Source: an uncultured virus (IMG/VR IMGVR_UViG_3300042453_001906) (taxonomy: Duplodnaviria; Heunggongvirae; Uroviricota; Caudoviricetes). From it: DNA of 20,000 nucleotides. Position numbers and translations under genes: made by a program. Where the stretch lies: IMG/VR virus record IMGVR_UViG_3300042453_001906, one strand, 5' to 3'. The notes under the pieces are model-generated. The model saw only the letters and a list, made by a program, of their open reading frames with translations. It was not told the DNA's origin and did not search any database. The stretch's first letter is position 1; every line of letters starts with the position of its first letter. Shown in pieces: positions 6,866 through 13,635 of the stretch.

Positions 6866-6894
6866 GGGTGAGTGGGCACGATGCCCACCCACCC
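6866..6894 (-). terminator. Strong hairpin (terminator or processing signal)
   Basis: GGGTGGGTGGGCA-TCG-TGCCCACTCACCC followed by TTTAA; the G.U pair favours the minus strand. Confidence 0.55.
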
Positions 6895-6919
6895 CAAGTG
6901 CGGTTCACTGTTTCAGTGA

Positions 6920-7171
6920 TCAGGCGACCGACACGGAAGCGTCAGCCATGCCGCTGCCAAGACGCTTGCTCCAGCGCGAGAGCAGGATCGCAACGCCCTG
7001 CTCGGTGCAGCCGAAGGTGTACGAACGGCTGTCGTAACCATCGTTACGAGCGTTCTTCAGCGTGATGTTCGTGCCGCTGATGCGACGAGCGAAAGCATCA
7101 AACTTGCCCTCGGTGCTGTTGTCGTACAGGTCAACGGTCACGGTCACGGTGTAGTTCTTACGGTTCTTCAT
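6920..7171 (-). CDS. Hypothetical protein, 83 aa (early gene)
   Basis: SD GGAG; own promoter; alternating beta/alpha sequence pattern. Confidence 0.8.
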   Translation of the reverse strand: MKNRKNYTVTVTVDLYDNSTEGKFDAFARRISGTNITLKNARNDGYDSRSYTFGCTEQGVAILLSRWSKRLGSGMADASVSVA

Positions 7172-7252
7172 AGCAAATCTCCAAATGTGGGCTTCAGTGT
7201 GTTTACGCCTCGGATGTCAGCCCGTCACATCGGTTGGCGTTTCGATGAGTAG

Positions 7253-7280
7253 ATTGTAGCAGGTCTACGGTGTATGTCAA
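7253..7280 (-). promoter_or_regulatory. Sigma70-type early promoter
   Basis: TTGACA-N16-TACAAT with an extended -10 TG. Confidence 0.8.
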
Positions 7281-7313
7281 GAGGGTGAGTCGGTTTTCCA
7301 ATATTTGTTTTGC

Positions 7314-7736
7314 TCACCATCTCAAATATCGCATGGCAGCAGCAACGCAAACTGCAACAGCGGTCAACACCGTGCAGAAAGAAATTGCAAATGCCAAGGG
7401 ATGATTAAAAGCAAAATCCTTGAGTTTTTCAAATGATTTTTCGGAGGCTTCATCAAGCCACTTTGAAATATCGTTGAAGACTTGCTTTATTTTAGACGGT
7501 GGAACCACTTGTTCATCCAAATAATCTAGACGACTCGGATAATCAATTTTGGTGAATTCCACTTGAGGAACTGTGGGAACGGGTGGACTCACGATGGGAG
7601 CAGAAAGCGTAAAATCCGCAGACTCGGTGGTGGTAATCACCGGAATCGCTTTTGCGCGAGGCTTGCGTGTGGTTTTTGCCGTCTTGTTTTGCTTTACCCG
7701 TTTAGCCACGGGTTTCTTGATCTTCTTCTTTGCCAT
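7314..7736 (-). CDS. Hypothetical protein with Lys-rich N-terminus and C-terminal TM helix
   Basis: SD AGGAG; late box CTAAATA at 7755-7761; hydrophobic C-terminus. Confidence 0.8.
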   Translation of the reverse strand: MAKKKIKKPVAKRVKQNKTAKTTRKPRAKAIPVITTTESADFTLSAPIVSPPVPTVPQVEFTKIDYPSRLDYLDEQVVPPSKIKQVFNDISKWLDEASEKSFEKLKDFAFNHPLAFAISFCTVLTAVAVCVAAAMRYLRW

Positions 7737-7761
7737 ATGTGTCTCCTAGTTTTATATTTAG

Positions 7762-7834
7762 TGCCTTCGGTGGGAGTCGAACCCACAACCAATTGATTAA
7801 AAGTCAACTGCGCTGCCAATTGCGCTACGAAGGC
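7762..7834 (-). tRNA. tRNA-Lys(UUU)
   Basis: Acceptor GCCTTCG/CGAAGGC-A, anticodon arm GTTGA-CT TTT AA-TCAAT, T-loop TTCGACT. Confidence 0.96.
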
Positions 7835-7844
7835 TTGGATCAAA

Positions 7845-8075
7845 TCAAACCGGATCGAAAAGTGTTGGCTCTGAAGCGGCTGATCGCAGAATCTGTGCGG
7901 CACGAAGTTCAGCGAGTGCATCCTGCATACGGTCAATCAAGTCCATCATTTCAGGAAGACTGTAACTCTCAACAAGTTCGGGAGTATCAACTCCAAAGAC
8001 GGAAACACACAGCGAATTGCCCTTGTGTGGATTGGTTACGATCTGTGTCTTGACATGTGTTCTAATGCTTTCCAT
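7845..8075 (-). CDS. Hypothetical protein
   Basis: 76 aa; SD GAAAGG; overlaps the upstream gene end. Confidence 0.65.
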   Translation of the reverse strand: MESIRTHVKTQIVTNPHKGNSLCVSVFGVDTPELVESYSLPEMMDLIDRMQDALAELRAAQILRSAASEPTLFDPV

Positions 8076-8340
8076 TACGAGCCTTTCTGTTGGTGTGCTT
8101 GCGAAACAACCACGGATGACGCTTCTTCCACATGGCTATCAGGTCTTTGTCGTTCCTGAATGTCTCCATCATGTCGTACAAGAACATTGTAACGCTTTGG
8201 TTGCCGCAGATCAATACCTCATCGTGCAACATATCGAACATCTGTTTTGTTTTTTCTGCACTGACTGGATATTTCACACCCTGATGCTCGTACATCCAAA
8301 GCGGCTTGGTCTTCGTCTTTTTGCGTACAGGCTTTTTCAT
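8062..8340 (-). CDS. Hypothetical protein
   Basis: 92 aa; SD AGGGG; starts 1 nt after the upstream stop. Confidence 0.7.
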   Translation of the reverse strand: MKKPVRKKTKTKPLWMYEHQGVKYPVSAEKTKQMFDMLHDEVLICGNQSVTMFLYDMMETFRNDKDLIAMWKKRHPWLFRKHTNRKARNGKH

Positions 8341-8341
8341 T

Positions 8342-8596
8342 TTATCCCCTGAACAGGTACTTGAGTCTCTGCCAAAAATTCATTCCTGTTGGAAATTCTA
8401 AAACACCTTTTCTCATGCTCTCTCCCCATCCACACGAATCTGTTTCACGCATGTGTTTCAACATGTGTGCCGGGGGAAATCGGTCGCTCACTTCACGCCA
8501 AGCATGGCATTCCTTGCCAAGAACGAAAAGTTGATCCAACAATTTCTGTTGGTATGCTATATGCTGTTCTCGGCAGTCTTTATCGCATGGGCACAT
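8342..8596 (-). CDS. Hypothetical protein
   Basis: Start moved to ATG 8596, a TAATG overlap with the guaC stop; [12 protein letters not shown]...NFWQRLKYLFRG. Confidence 0.7.
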   Translation of the reverse strand: MCPCDKDCREQHIAYQQKLLDQLFVLGKECHAWREVSDRFPPAHMLKHMRETDSCGWGESMRKGVLEFPTGMNFWQRLKYLFRG

Positions 8597-9657
8597 TATC
8601 CGTTCCCCCAAACCGTGTTCAGTTGACGGTTAACACGAACAAATGTGGTACACTTGGGCAAGTCCTTCAGTCGCCGCGCTCCCACATAAGTGCAAGCCGA
8701 CCGCAGACCACCAGTAATTTCACGAACCGTTTCTGCTATAGGGCCGGTGAGCGGAACTCCCACAATCTTGCCCTCAGAAGCACGGTGCTTTGCGATTCCA
8801 CCGGAGTACTTGTTCATGGCAGCGCACGAACTCATTCCGTAAAATTGCTTTCGATCACCAATCACCTCTCCCTCTGCTTCATCCGCCCCCGCAAACATCC
8901 CGCCAAGCATCACGAAATCTGCTCCTGCACCGAATGCCTTTGCAACATCGCCGGGGCATGTGCAGCCACCGTCACCGATCACATATCCACCCAACCCATG
9001 TGCTGCATCGGCACACTCCGCGATAGCAGACAATTGAGGATATCCAACTCCCGCAACCCGGCGGGTGGTGCAAACCGATCCGGGCCCAATCCCCACCTTC
9101 ACGATGTTGGCTCCCGCAAGTAGCAGGGCTTCTGTCATTTCTCGGGTAACCACATTTCCTGCAATAAGCACATGATTGGGAAACAGTCCACGAATGGTCT
9201 TGACATATTCCGCAAATCGCTCTGTGTAGCCGTTTGCCACATCAAGGCAAATGAAGTTCACTCCGGGACACGCGCTCAATACTCGCTGTGCCTTTTCCAC
9301 TTCTTGGTACTGCGAGTTTCCGTCACTTCCCATTCCCATCGTGTACACAAGGTGATTCACAGAGATGCCATTGATAAAAAACCTGTTGTAGTTTTCCGCC
9401 CACTGCTCCACGGAATAGTGCTTGTGAATTGCCACCATGCCACCCAATGGGATAAGTTGTTCGGCAATGCGAAATGTACCAACGGTGTCCATGTTCGCAG
9501 ACATGATGGGCACACACGAAAAAGATGCGTTGCCGTCACGCAACCTGAACTTGAACTCACGCTCAAGGGAAACCTCACTGCGCGACTTCATGCTGCTCCG
9601 CTTTGGGCGGATCAGTACATCGGAAAAATCCAACTTGGTGTCTTCTTCGATTCGCAT
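8596..9657 (-). CDS. guaC: GMP reductase
   Basis: [109 protein letters not shown]. Confidence 0.97.
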   Translation of the reverse strand: MRIEEDTKLDFSDVLIRPKRSSMKSRSEVSLEREFKFRLRDGNASFSCVPIMSANMDTVGTFRIAEQLIPLGGMVAIHKHYSVEQWAENYNRFFINGISVNHLVYTMGMGSDGNSQYQEVEKAQRVLSACPGVNFICLDVANGYTERFAEYVKTIRGLFPNHVLIAGNVVTREMTEALLLAGANIVKVGIGPGSVCTTRRVAGVGYPQLSAIAECADAAHGLGGYVIGDGGCTCPGDVAKAFGAGADFVMLGGMFAGADEAEGEVIGDRKQFYGMSSCAAMNKYSGGIAKHRASEGKIVGVPLTGPIAETVREITGGLRSACTYVGARRLKDLPKCTTFVRVNRQLNTVWGNG

Positions 9658-9674
9658 GACAGTCCTTTCACAAA

Positions 9675-9746
9675 TGCGGGTTGGGAGAATCGAACTCCCG
9701 TGACGGGTTTGGAAAACCCGCGTAATAGCCTCTATACGAAACCCGC
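9675..9746 (-). tRNA. tRNA-Gly(UCC)
   Basis: Acceptor GCGGGTT/AACCCGC-A, anticodon arm CGGGT-TT TCC AA-ACCCG, T-loop TTCGATT. Confidence 0.95.
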
Positions 9747-9752
9747 GTGTAC

Positions 9753-9968
9753 TTATCGCGCTCGGGCGTTGATCCGTTGCGCTCTTCTGATATTTTCCGT
9801 GTCACTGCTGTCAACCATGACCAGTTCCGGTGCGGTCTTGTGCGACCAATCCATGAATCCGACGAATGTGGTCACGCGAGAACACTTCACGCAAGTAGTG
9901 GTGTTGGGAAGTGCTTCAAGTCGTGCGGGAGGAATAACGCAGTTGCATGATTCGCAAGTACGAGGCAT
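9753..9968 (-). CDS. DksA/TraR-type C4 zinc-finger protein
   Basis: [22 protein letters not shown] matches the DksA/TraR C4 signature; start moved to ATG 9968 (SD GGAG, TGATG overlap). Confidence 0.88.
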   Translation of the reverse strand: MPRTCESCNCVIPPARLEALPNTTTCVKCSRVTTFVGFMDWSHKTAPELVMVDSSDTENIRRAQRINARAR

Positions 9969-10168
9969 CACCGTGTCTCCATGATAAACATACTGCTCTT
10001 GATTGCACGGCACTGCTGCCGGAACTCACCGTCAAGCCGTGCCTTGCGTTCCTTGTGTGTGCGCTTGTTGAATCCAAAAGGCTTGCACACCTGTTGCCGA
10101 CCACGGCTCAGGGCAGTGCCTTGCCGCTCGGCTTCCATGTCGATAGAGTCTAGAACTCGCTTTGCCAT
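9968..10168 (-). CDS. Small basic hypothetical protein, probably leaderless
   Basis: MAKRVLDSIDMEAERQG...; ATG 10168 lies 6 nt downstream of a -10 box, with no SD. Confidence 0.7.
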   Translation of the reverse strand: MAKRVLDSIDMEAERQGTALSRGRQQVCKPFGFNKRTHKERKARLDGEFRQQCRAIKSSMFIMETR

Positions 10169-10174
10169 ACCCAT

Positions 10175-10202
10175 AGTATAGCGTGTGGGCGGCAGCAGTC
10201 AA
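10175..10202 (-). promoter_or_regulatory. Sigma70-type early promoter
   Basis: TTGACT-N16-TATACT. Confidence 0.75.
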
Positions 10203-10215
10203 CAGAGAAGTAGAT

Positions 10216-10467
10216 TTAAAATAGTCCGTAAACCGAAACACCAGAGGCGCAAGACGCACCGCTTGTTTTAATCGGAAAAATAACTGAAGAACTTGCGCCT
10301 GCAACCATACGCATCGAAAAAGTTGCTCCAGTTGCTCCCCACGGAAACAGATCGACATTGGAAGGAGAACCATTTATATTCACAAACATTACCCCCTTAA
10401 CCTTGGTGGTTCCGGTGGCAGCAAACGCTCCATTAGTAATGAGTGATATTTTGTGATAGATGTCCAT
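10216..10467 (-). CDS. Small beta-rich putative virion (decoration) protein
   Basis: 83 aa, Gly/Ala/Thr/Ser-rich; SD AGGAG; late box CTAAATA at 10487-10493; C-terminus SGVSVYGLF matches the upstream gene. Confidence 0.7.
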   Translation of the reverse strand: MDIYHKISLITNGAFAATGTTKVKGVMFVNINGSPSNVDLFPWGATGATFSMRMVAGASSSVIFPIKTSGASCASGVSVYGLF

Positions 10468-10489
10468 TTATCAATTCTCCTATTTGTAT

Positions 10490-11419
10490 TTAGTATAATC
10501 CGTATACTTGCAATCCGCTGGGAGATGCAATATTTTGATCGTTTTTGGTGGCAATTGTAAAAAAGGATTGATTCACTAGAGTTGTGCTGTTTGCAGGAAC
10601 AGTCACTGTGGTGTCGTATATCCTATTCACCCCCGCCCCCGATCCACGGGCAACGGTGGCTGTGCCTATTCCCGTACCAATTCCGTTCCATTGCTGTGCG
10701 GTGGGGGTATATGTGCCAAGCGTGTTTCCCTCTATTAGTTGCGCTCCCCAAAAAACCAAACGAGCAACCGGAGGAGTTCCACTACCGTTTCCTATCGCTA
10801 TATTCTCAAAGGTGTTTGTGGTGGAATTACTTGCCACAAATGTATGAAACACTCTTCTTGGAGTAGTGGTAACTGTAAAATCTGGCGAAAAGCCAGATGT
10901 TGCTCCCACGGTGTATGTGGATATTCTTGCTGTGGTAGTGGAAGGATATCCCTCTCTGTTATCACATGCCATCCAAACTGAAAAAGTGTAAATCTTTCCT
11001 TTTTCTAAAAATGACGAGGACGGAAATCCAAAATAAATCCCGTTATTTGCACTTAAAACTGTTTGAATCATTACACCGTTTGTTGTTCCATCTGGCATGA
11101 CTATGTTGGAGTACACGCTGCCGTTTACCACTGGATGGGTGGCAGAATAGGTAATCCACCGCAAAGCCCCGGTAGTTATGCCGGATCGAATGTTTTCGCT
11201 GAAAAGTATTTCGTTGGTTATGCCACTTACCTGTTCACCTAGACTGTAGGCATTAAATGAAATTCCAACACCGGAAGTGTTTGTGACAAGCAAGGCATTG
11301 GATTGATTCTGACGGTTCACCGTATCATACGAATACCAAGGAAAGTGACCCGTGTCCACTGTGTTGTTGATATAAAAGCGTTCAGCCTTCTCGTATTGAT
11401 CTTTATTTCCGTAAGCCAT
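10490..11419 (-). CDS. Putative virion protein with a carbohydrate-binding-like (head spike/fibre-type) domain
   Basis: NEILFSE...W...PDGT...YTFSVW...FWGAQLIEG...TYTPT pattern of CBM-like phage fibre domains; late box CTAAATA at 11439-11445; SD GGAGG. Confidence 0.75.
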   Translation of the reverse strand: MAYGNKDQYEKAERFYINNTVDTGHFPWYSYDTVNRQNQSNALLVTNTSGVGISFNAYSLGEQVSGITNEILFSENIRSGITTGALRWITYSATHPVVNGSVYSNIVMPDGTTNGVMIQTVLSANNGIYFGFPSSSFLEKGKIYTFSVWMACDNREGYPSTTTARISTYTVGATSGFSPDFTVTTTPRRVFHTFVASNSTTNTFENIAIGNGSGTPPVARLVFWGAQLIEGNTLGTYTPTAQQWNGIGTGIGTATVARGSGAGVNRIYDTTVTVPANSTTLVNQSFFTIATKNDQNIASPSGLQVYGLY

Positions 11420-11454
11420 GCACTTTCCTCCAGTCTCCTATTTAGACCAAAAGG

Positions 11455-11477
11455 AAAAAGGAGCCTTGCGGCTCCTC
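11455..11477 (-). terminator. Intrinsic terminator of the tmRNA gene
   Basis: GAGGAGCC-GCAA-GGCTCCTTTTT; immediately followed by a late promoter box. Confidence 0.88.
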
Positions 11478-11800
11478 TTTCTGCCCGTTCAGATGCGGGA
11501 GGGCTTTCCCCACGGCTTCAAGCCGCCATTGCCAGTCTGTTGGCAATTATGGTTGCAACAGGTTTTTTAACGAGGCTCTGTAACCCGCCCCGGATGCCTC
11601 TTGCTTCTCTAATCCGCGCTAGTCGATTCCATTTCGACCCCGTGTCCCGGAGGCTAGCACTCCGGGGGTTGCCCCGCTGCACCGGGGACTTGACTCGCCG
11701 TCCCCGAAAACTTGCAGTAGCAATCAGGTTAGGCTAATGGAGTCGGGGGGATTCGAACCCCCGTGCTATTCGCGTTTCGATCCACCGTCAACAGCATCAC
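11478..11800 (-). ncRNA. ssrA: Circularly permuted (two-piece) tmRNA gene
   Basis: Acceptor piece ~11800-11738 ends GGGGG TTCGAAT CCCCC CGACTCC-A; intervening segment 11737-11642; coding piece starts at 11641 with GGGGTCGAAATGGAATCGAC; G3.U70 and A73; pk1 at 11592-11560; resume context ATAATT-GCC; tag ANRLAMAA* at 11544-11518. Confidence 0.92.
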
Positions 11801-12014
11801 TGTATCTATTCAATTCAGTGCCCCAACCACTCTCACGGATGCTTTCTTCCCACCGTTCCCGAATGTCTGCGGGGAACGGGTAGTGCTTGCACACTTGCCG
11901 GGCCCTTAGACGAATGCTACGGGGCACTCGGGGAGTCTTTTTAGGATCAAGCAGGTCGTACAAAAAGTTTCGGGTTGCAATCAGCGCGTGTAGTTCTTCA
12001 TGCGGAAGGGTCAT
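11766..12014 (-). CDS. BPSL0761-like family protein
   Basis: MTLP.E...AL...R.FL.DLLDPKKTPRVP..IR.RAR...KHYP pattern; its 3' end overlaps the tmRNA acceptor piece. Confidence 0.78.
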   Translation of the reverse strand: MTLPHEELHALIATRNFLYDLLDPKKTPRVPRSIRLRARQVCKHYPFPADIRERWEESIRESGWGTELNRYSDAVDGGSKRE

Positions 12015-12339
12015 TCGCTTGTTCCTTTAGTGCCTTTTCCAATTCAGCGTACATGGAAATCCAAGTCTTCTTGGGAATGAACACCGGATGCCCTGCTTCC
12101 TCGTCCCACACCCACCATCCGTTTGCTTTTTCGTGCAAATACGAAAACATGGCAGCATCCAATTCACCCACCTTGGGATCGCCGTCTTTCCACTTCTGCA
12201 CCATGTTCCAAATGGTGATCTCAAGTCCGCTCATCCACCCCGCAGCGTAAGCGTCTTCGCTCCAGTCACGCATTACCCGCAGGAGGGTGTGTCTTGCTAT
12301 TTCGCTTTCGCTTGGGCTTTTGCTTTTTGGCTTTGCCAT
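11998..12339 (-). CDS. Conserved phage hypothetical protein
   Basis: M...SE.AY.AGWMSGLE..IW...GWWVWD....PVFIP...W; the start may be 12339 or 12273. Confidence 0.7.
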   Translation of the reverse strand: MAKPKSKSPSESEIARHTLLRVMRDWSEDAYAAGWMSGLEITIWNMVQKWKDGDPKVGELDAAMFSYLHEKANGWWVWDEEAGHPVFIPKKTWISMYAELEKALKEQANDPSA

Positions 12340-12430
12340 TGCCGAAAATTTCCTCCCAATTCTTGTCCCACAGTTTCCAATCCACCGGACGATACTGATC
12401 GCCCTTGCCAGCAGCGTGTTTACCACCCAT
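12266..12430 (-). CDS. Small phage protein of the GKG...RP...NW..IF type
   Basis: MGGKHAAGKGDQYRPVDWKLWDKNWEEIFG; start moved to ATG 12430. Confidence 0.7.
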   Translation of the reverse strand: MGGKHAAGKGDQYRPVDWKLWDKNWEEIFGNGKAKKQKPKRKRNSKTHPPAGNA

Positions 12431-12440
12431 GTCACTGCGG

Positions 12441-12656
12441 TCAAGCGTTGGGTCGGGCAGAGAACCCGAACGGCTGCGTGGAAGTGGGGACAGCGACCGG
12501 ACGATCCATCGCGGCAATCGCGTCCACAACGATCTTGTTGATCTGCTCGTTGAAGGTCATGTTGTTGGCATGAGCCATCTTTGCAATCTTGAGGAATGTG
12601 CTGTCGCCCACTGCCATCTCAAGCACGATGCTTGTAGTCTTCTTTGGTGTAGCCAT
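12441..12656 (-). CDS. Small putative DNA-binding protein (ribbon-helix-helix-like)
   Basis: Beta strand followed by FLKIAKMAH..NMTFNEQINKIV; SD GGAG; start moved to 12656. Confidence 0.65.
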   Translation of the reverse strand: MATPKKTTSIVLEMAVGDSTFLKIAKMAHANNMTFNEQINKIVVDAIAAMDRPVAVPTSTQPFGFSARPNA

Positions 12657-12657
12657 T

Positions 12658-12936
12658 TTAATCTGTCTCCATTTGTTCACTGATTCCACTGATGTTGTAC
12701 GCAACAAGTTCACGCGCACACTCACTCACCCACAGTTCGCGGGGATTCACGCCCCATGTCCGAACAGAACGGATGATGAGGTTATTTAGGTCTTCATCCG
12801 TGTCGATGATTTCGTCTACCATTCCTGCCCGTGCCGTGTCGCGTGAGGTAACACACAGTCCCCACAAGCCGTCACAAATGTAGTCGATCACTGCGTGTTG
12901 GTCGTCACCGAAGTTGTTGTAGTCAGAGTCGTGCAT
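12658..12936 (-). CDS. Acidic hypothetical protein
   Basis: 92 aa; SD GAAAGG; follows tRNA-Ile. Confidence 0.7.
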   Translation of the reverse strand: MHDSDYNNFGDDQHAVIDYICDGLWGLCVTSRDTARAGMVDEIIDTDEDLNNLIIRSVRTWGVNPRELWVSECARELVAYNISGISEQMETD

Positions 12937-12950
12937 GGTAACCTTTCGAA

Positions 12951-13021
12951 TAGGCGGTTCAGGTGTCGATCCTGAATGAATCGGGTATAAGCCGATCTGC
13001 GAAGCCGTCCGCCCACCGCCC
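12951..13021 (-). tRNA. Atypical tRNA-Ile(UAU)
   Basis: Acceptor GGGCGGT/ACCGCCT-A, D-arm GCG-GACGGCTT-CGC, anticodon arm ATCGG-CT TAT AC-CCGAT, T-arm TCAGG-ATCGACA-CCTGA (A54; G8). Confidence 0.85.
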
Positions 13022-13139
13022 AGTGGTCTGCTCTAGTATAGACTCATTTAGACATCCATGCTAGGGCAGAAGTCGCGTTTTTCATTATTTGATGCAGAAA
13101 GTCAGGGACCGCGACTTAAACCTTTTTTCTGCGGAATTC

Positions 13140-13385
13140 TTAAGTGGTCTTGCGCTTGCGGGGCAAGGTCTTGCCTGTCTTCTTGGCAGTCCGCTTGCCG
13201 CGAACAGCGGCAGGTTCAGCCACAGGCTTGGCAAACAACTTCTTTACATCCACGGGAGGCAGCAGCGTTTCGCGCTTCCACCCCTTGCGCCAATTGTAGT
13301 AGTCCTCGCACATAATAAGCACAATCATTCCGCCCAAAACCGTGAACAGCGTACCCATGATGAAACCAAAAGTAAAATCAGACAT
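13140..13385 (-). CDS. Membrane-anchored protein with a basic tail
   Basis: N-terminal TM helix; SD AAAGGA; start moved to 13385 (8-nt overlap with the upstream gene). Confidence 0.72.
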   Translation of the reverse strand: MSDFTFGFIMGTLFTVLGGMIVLIMCEDYYNWRKGWKRETLLPPVDVKKLFAKPVAEPAAVRGKRTAKKTGKTLPRKRKTT

Positions 13386-13635
13386 CTGTTTCCTTTCTTG
13401 TAAATTCAATCCGAGACTTCTTGTTCACGACATGACCCATCGGGGTCTTGACAAGGTAGTTGCTCTTCTGCCTGTCTTCGTCGTGACCCAAGCGATAATT
13501 CACTCCATCAATTCCTGCGGACACCAACCGTGCTTCCATTTCACGCACAAGTGCCGCAACGATTTCTTGGGACAAAGCAGCCGCATCACTCTCACCCATT
13601 GCCATAGGAATGTCAATGTGCAGTCTGTACATCAT
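13378..13635 (-). CDS. Hypothetical protein
   Basis: 85 aa; ATGA overlap with the phosphoesterase stop. Confidence 0.72.
   Translation of the reverse strand: MMYRLHIDIPMAMGESDAAALSQEIVAALVREMEARLVSAGIDGVNYRLGHDEDRQKSNYLVKTPMGHVVNKKSRIEFTRKETDV

Noticed and set aside
8389..9984. Long + strand ORFs (8389-9123, 9172-9984; likewise 13342-14163, 18089-18964, and 951-2015 on the minus strand)
   Set aside because: Antisense shadows of well-supported genes, with no motifs or RBS.
11642..11737. Intron in a standard one-piece tmRNA
   Set aside because: The segment lies between the mature 3' end and the mature 5' end, so it is a permutation spacer; it is too short and lacks group I motifs.
11738..11770. 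Stand-alone tRNA or attachment-site fragment
   Set aside because: Its 3' acceptor strand pairs with GGGGTCG at 11641 and is explained as the acceptor piece of a permuted tmRNA.
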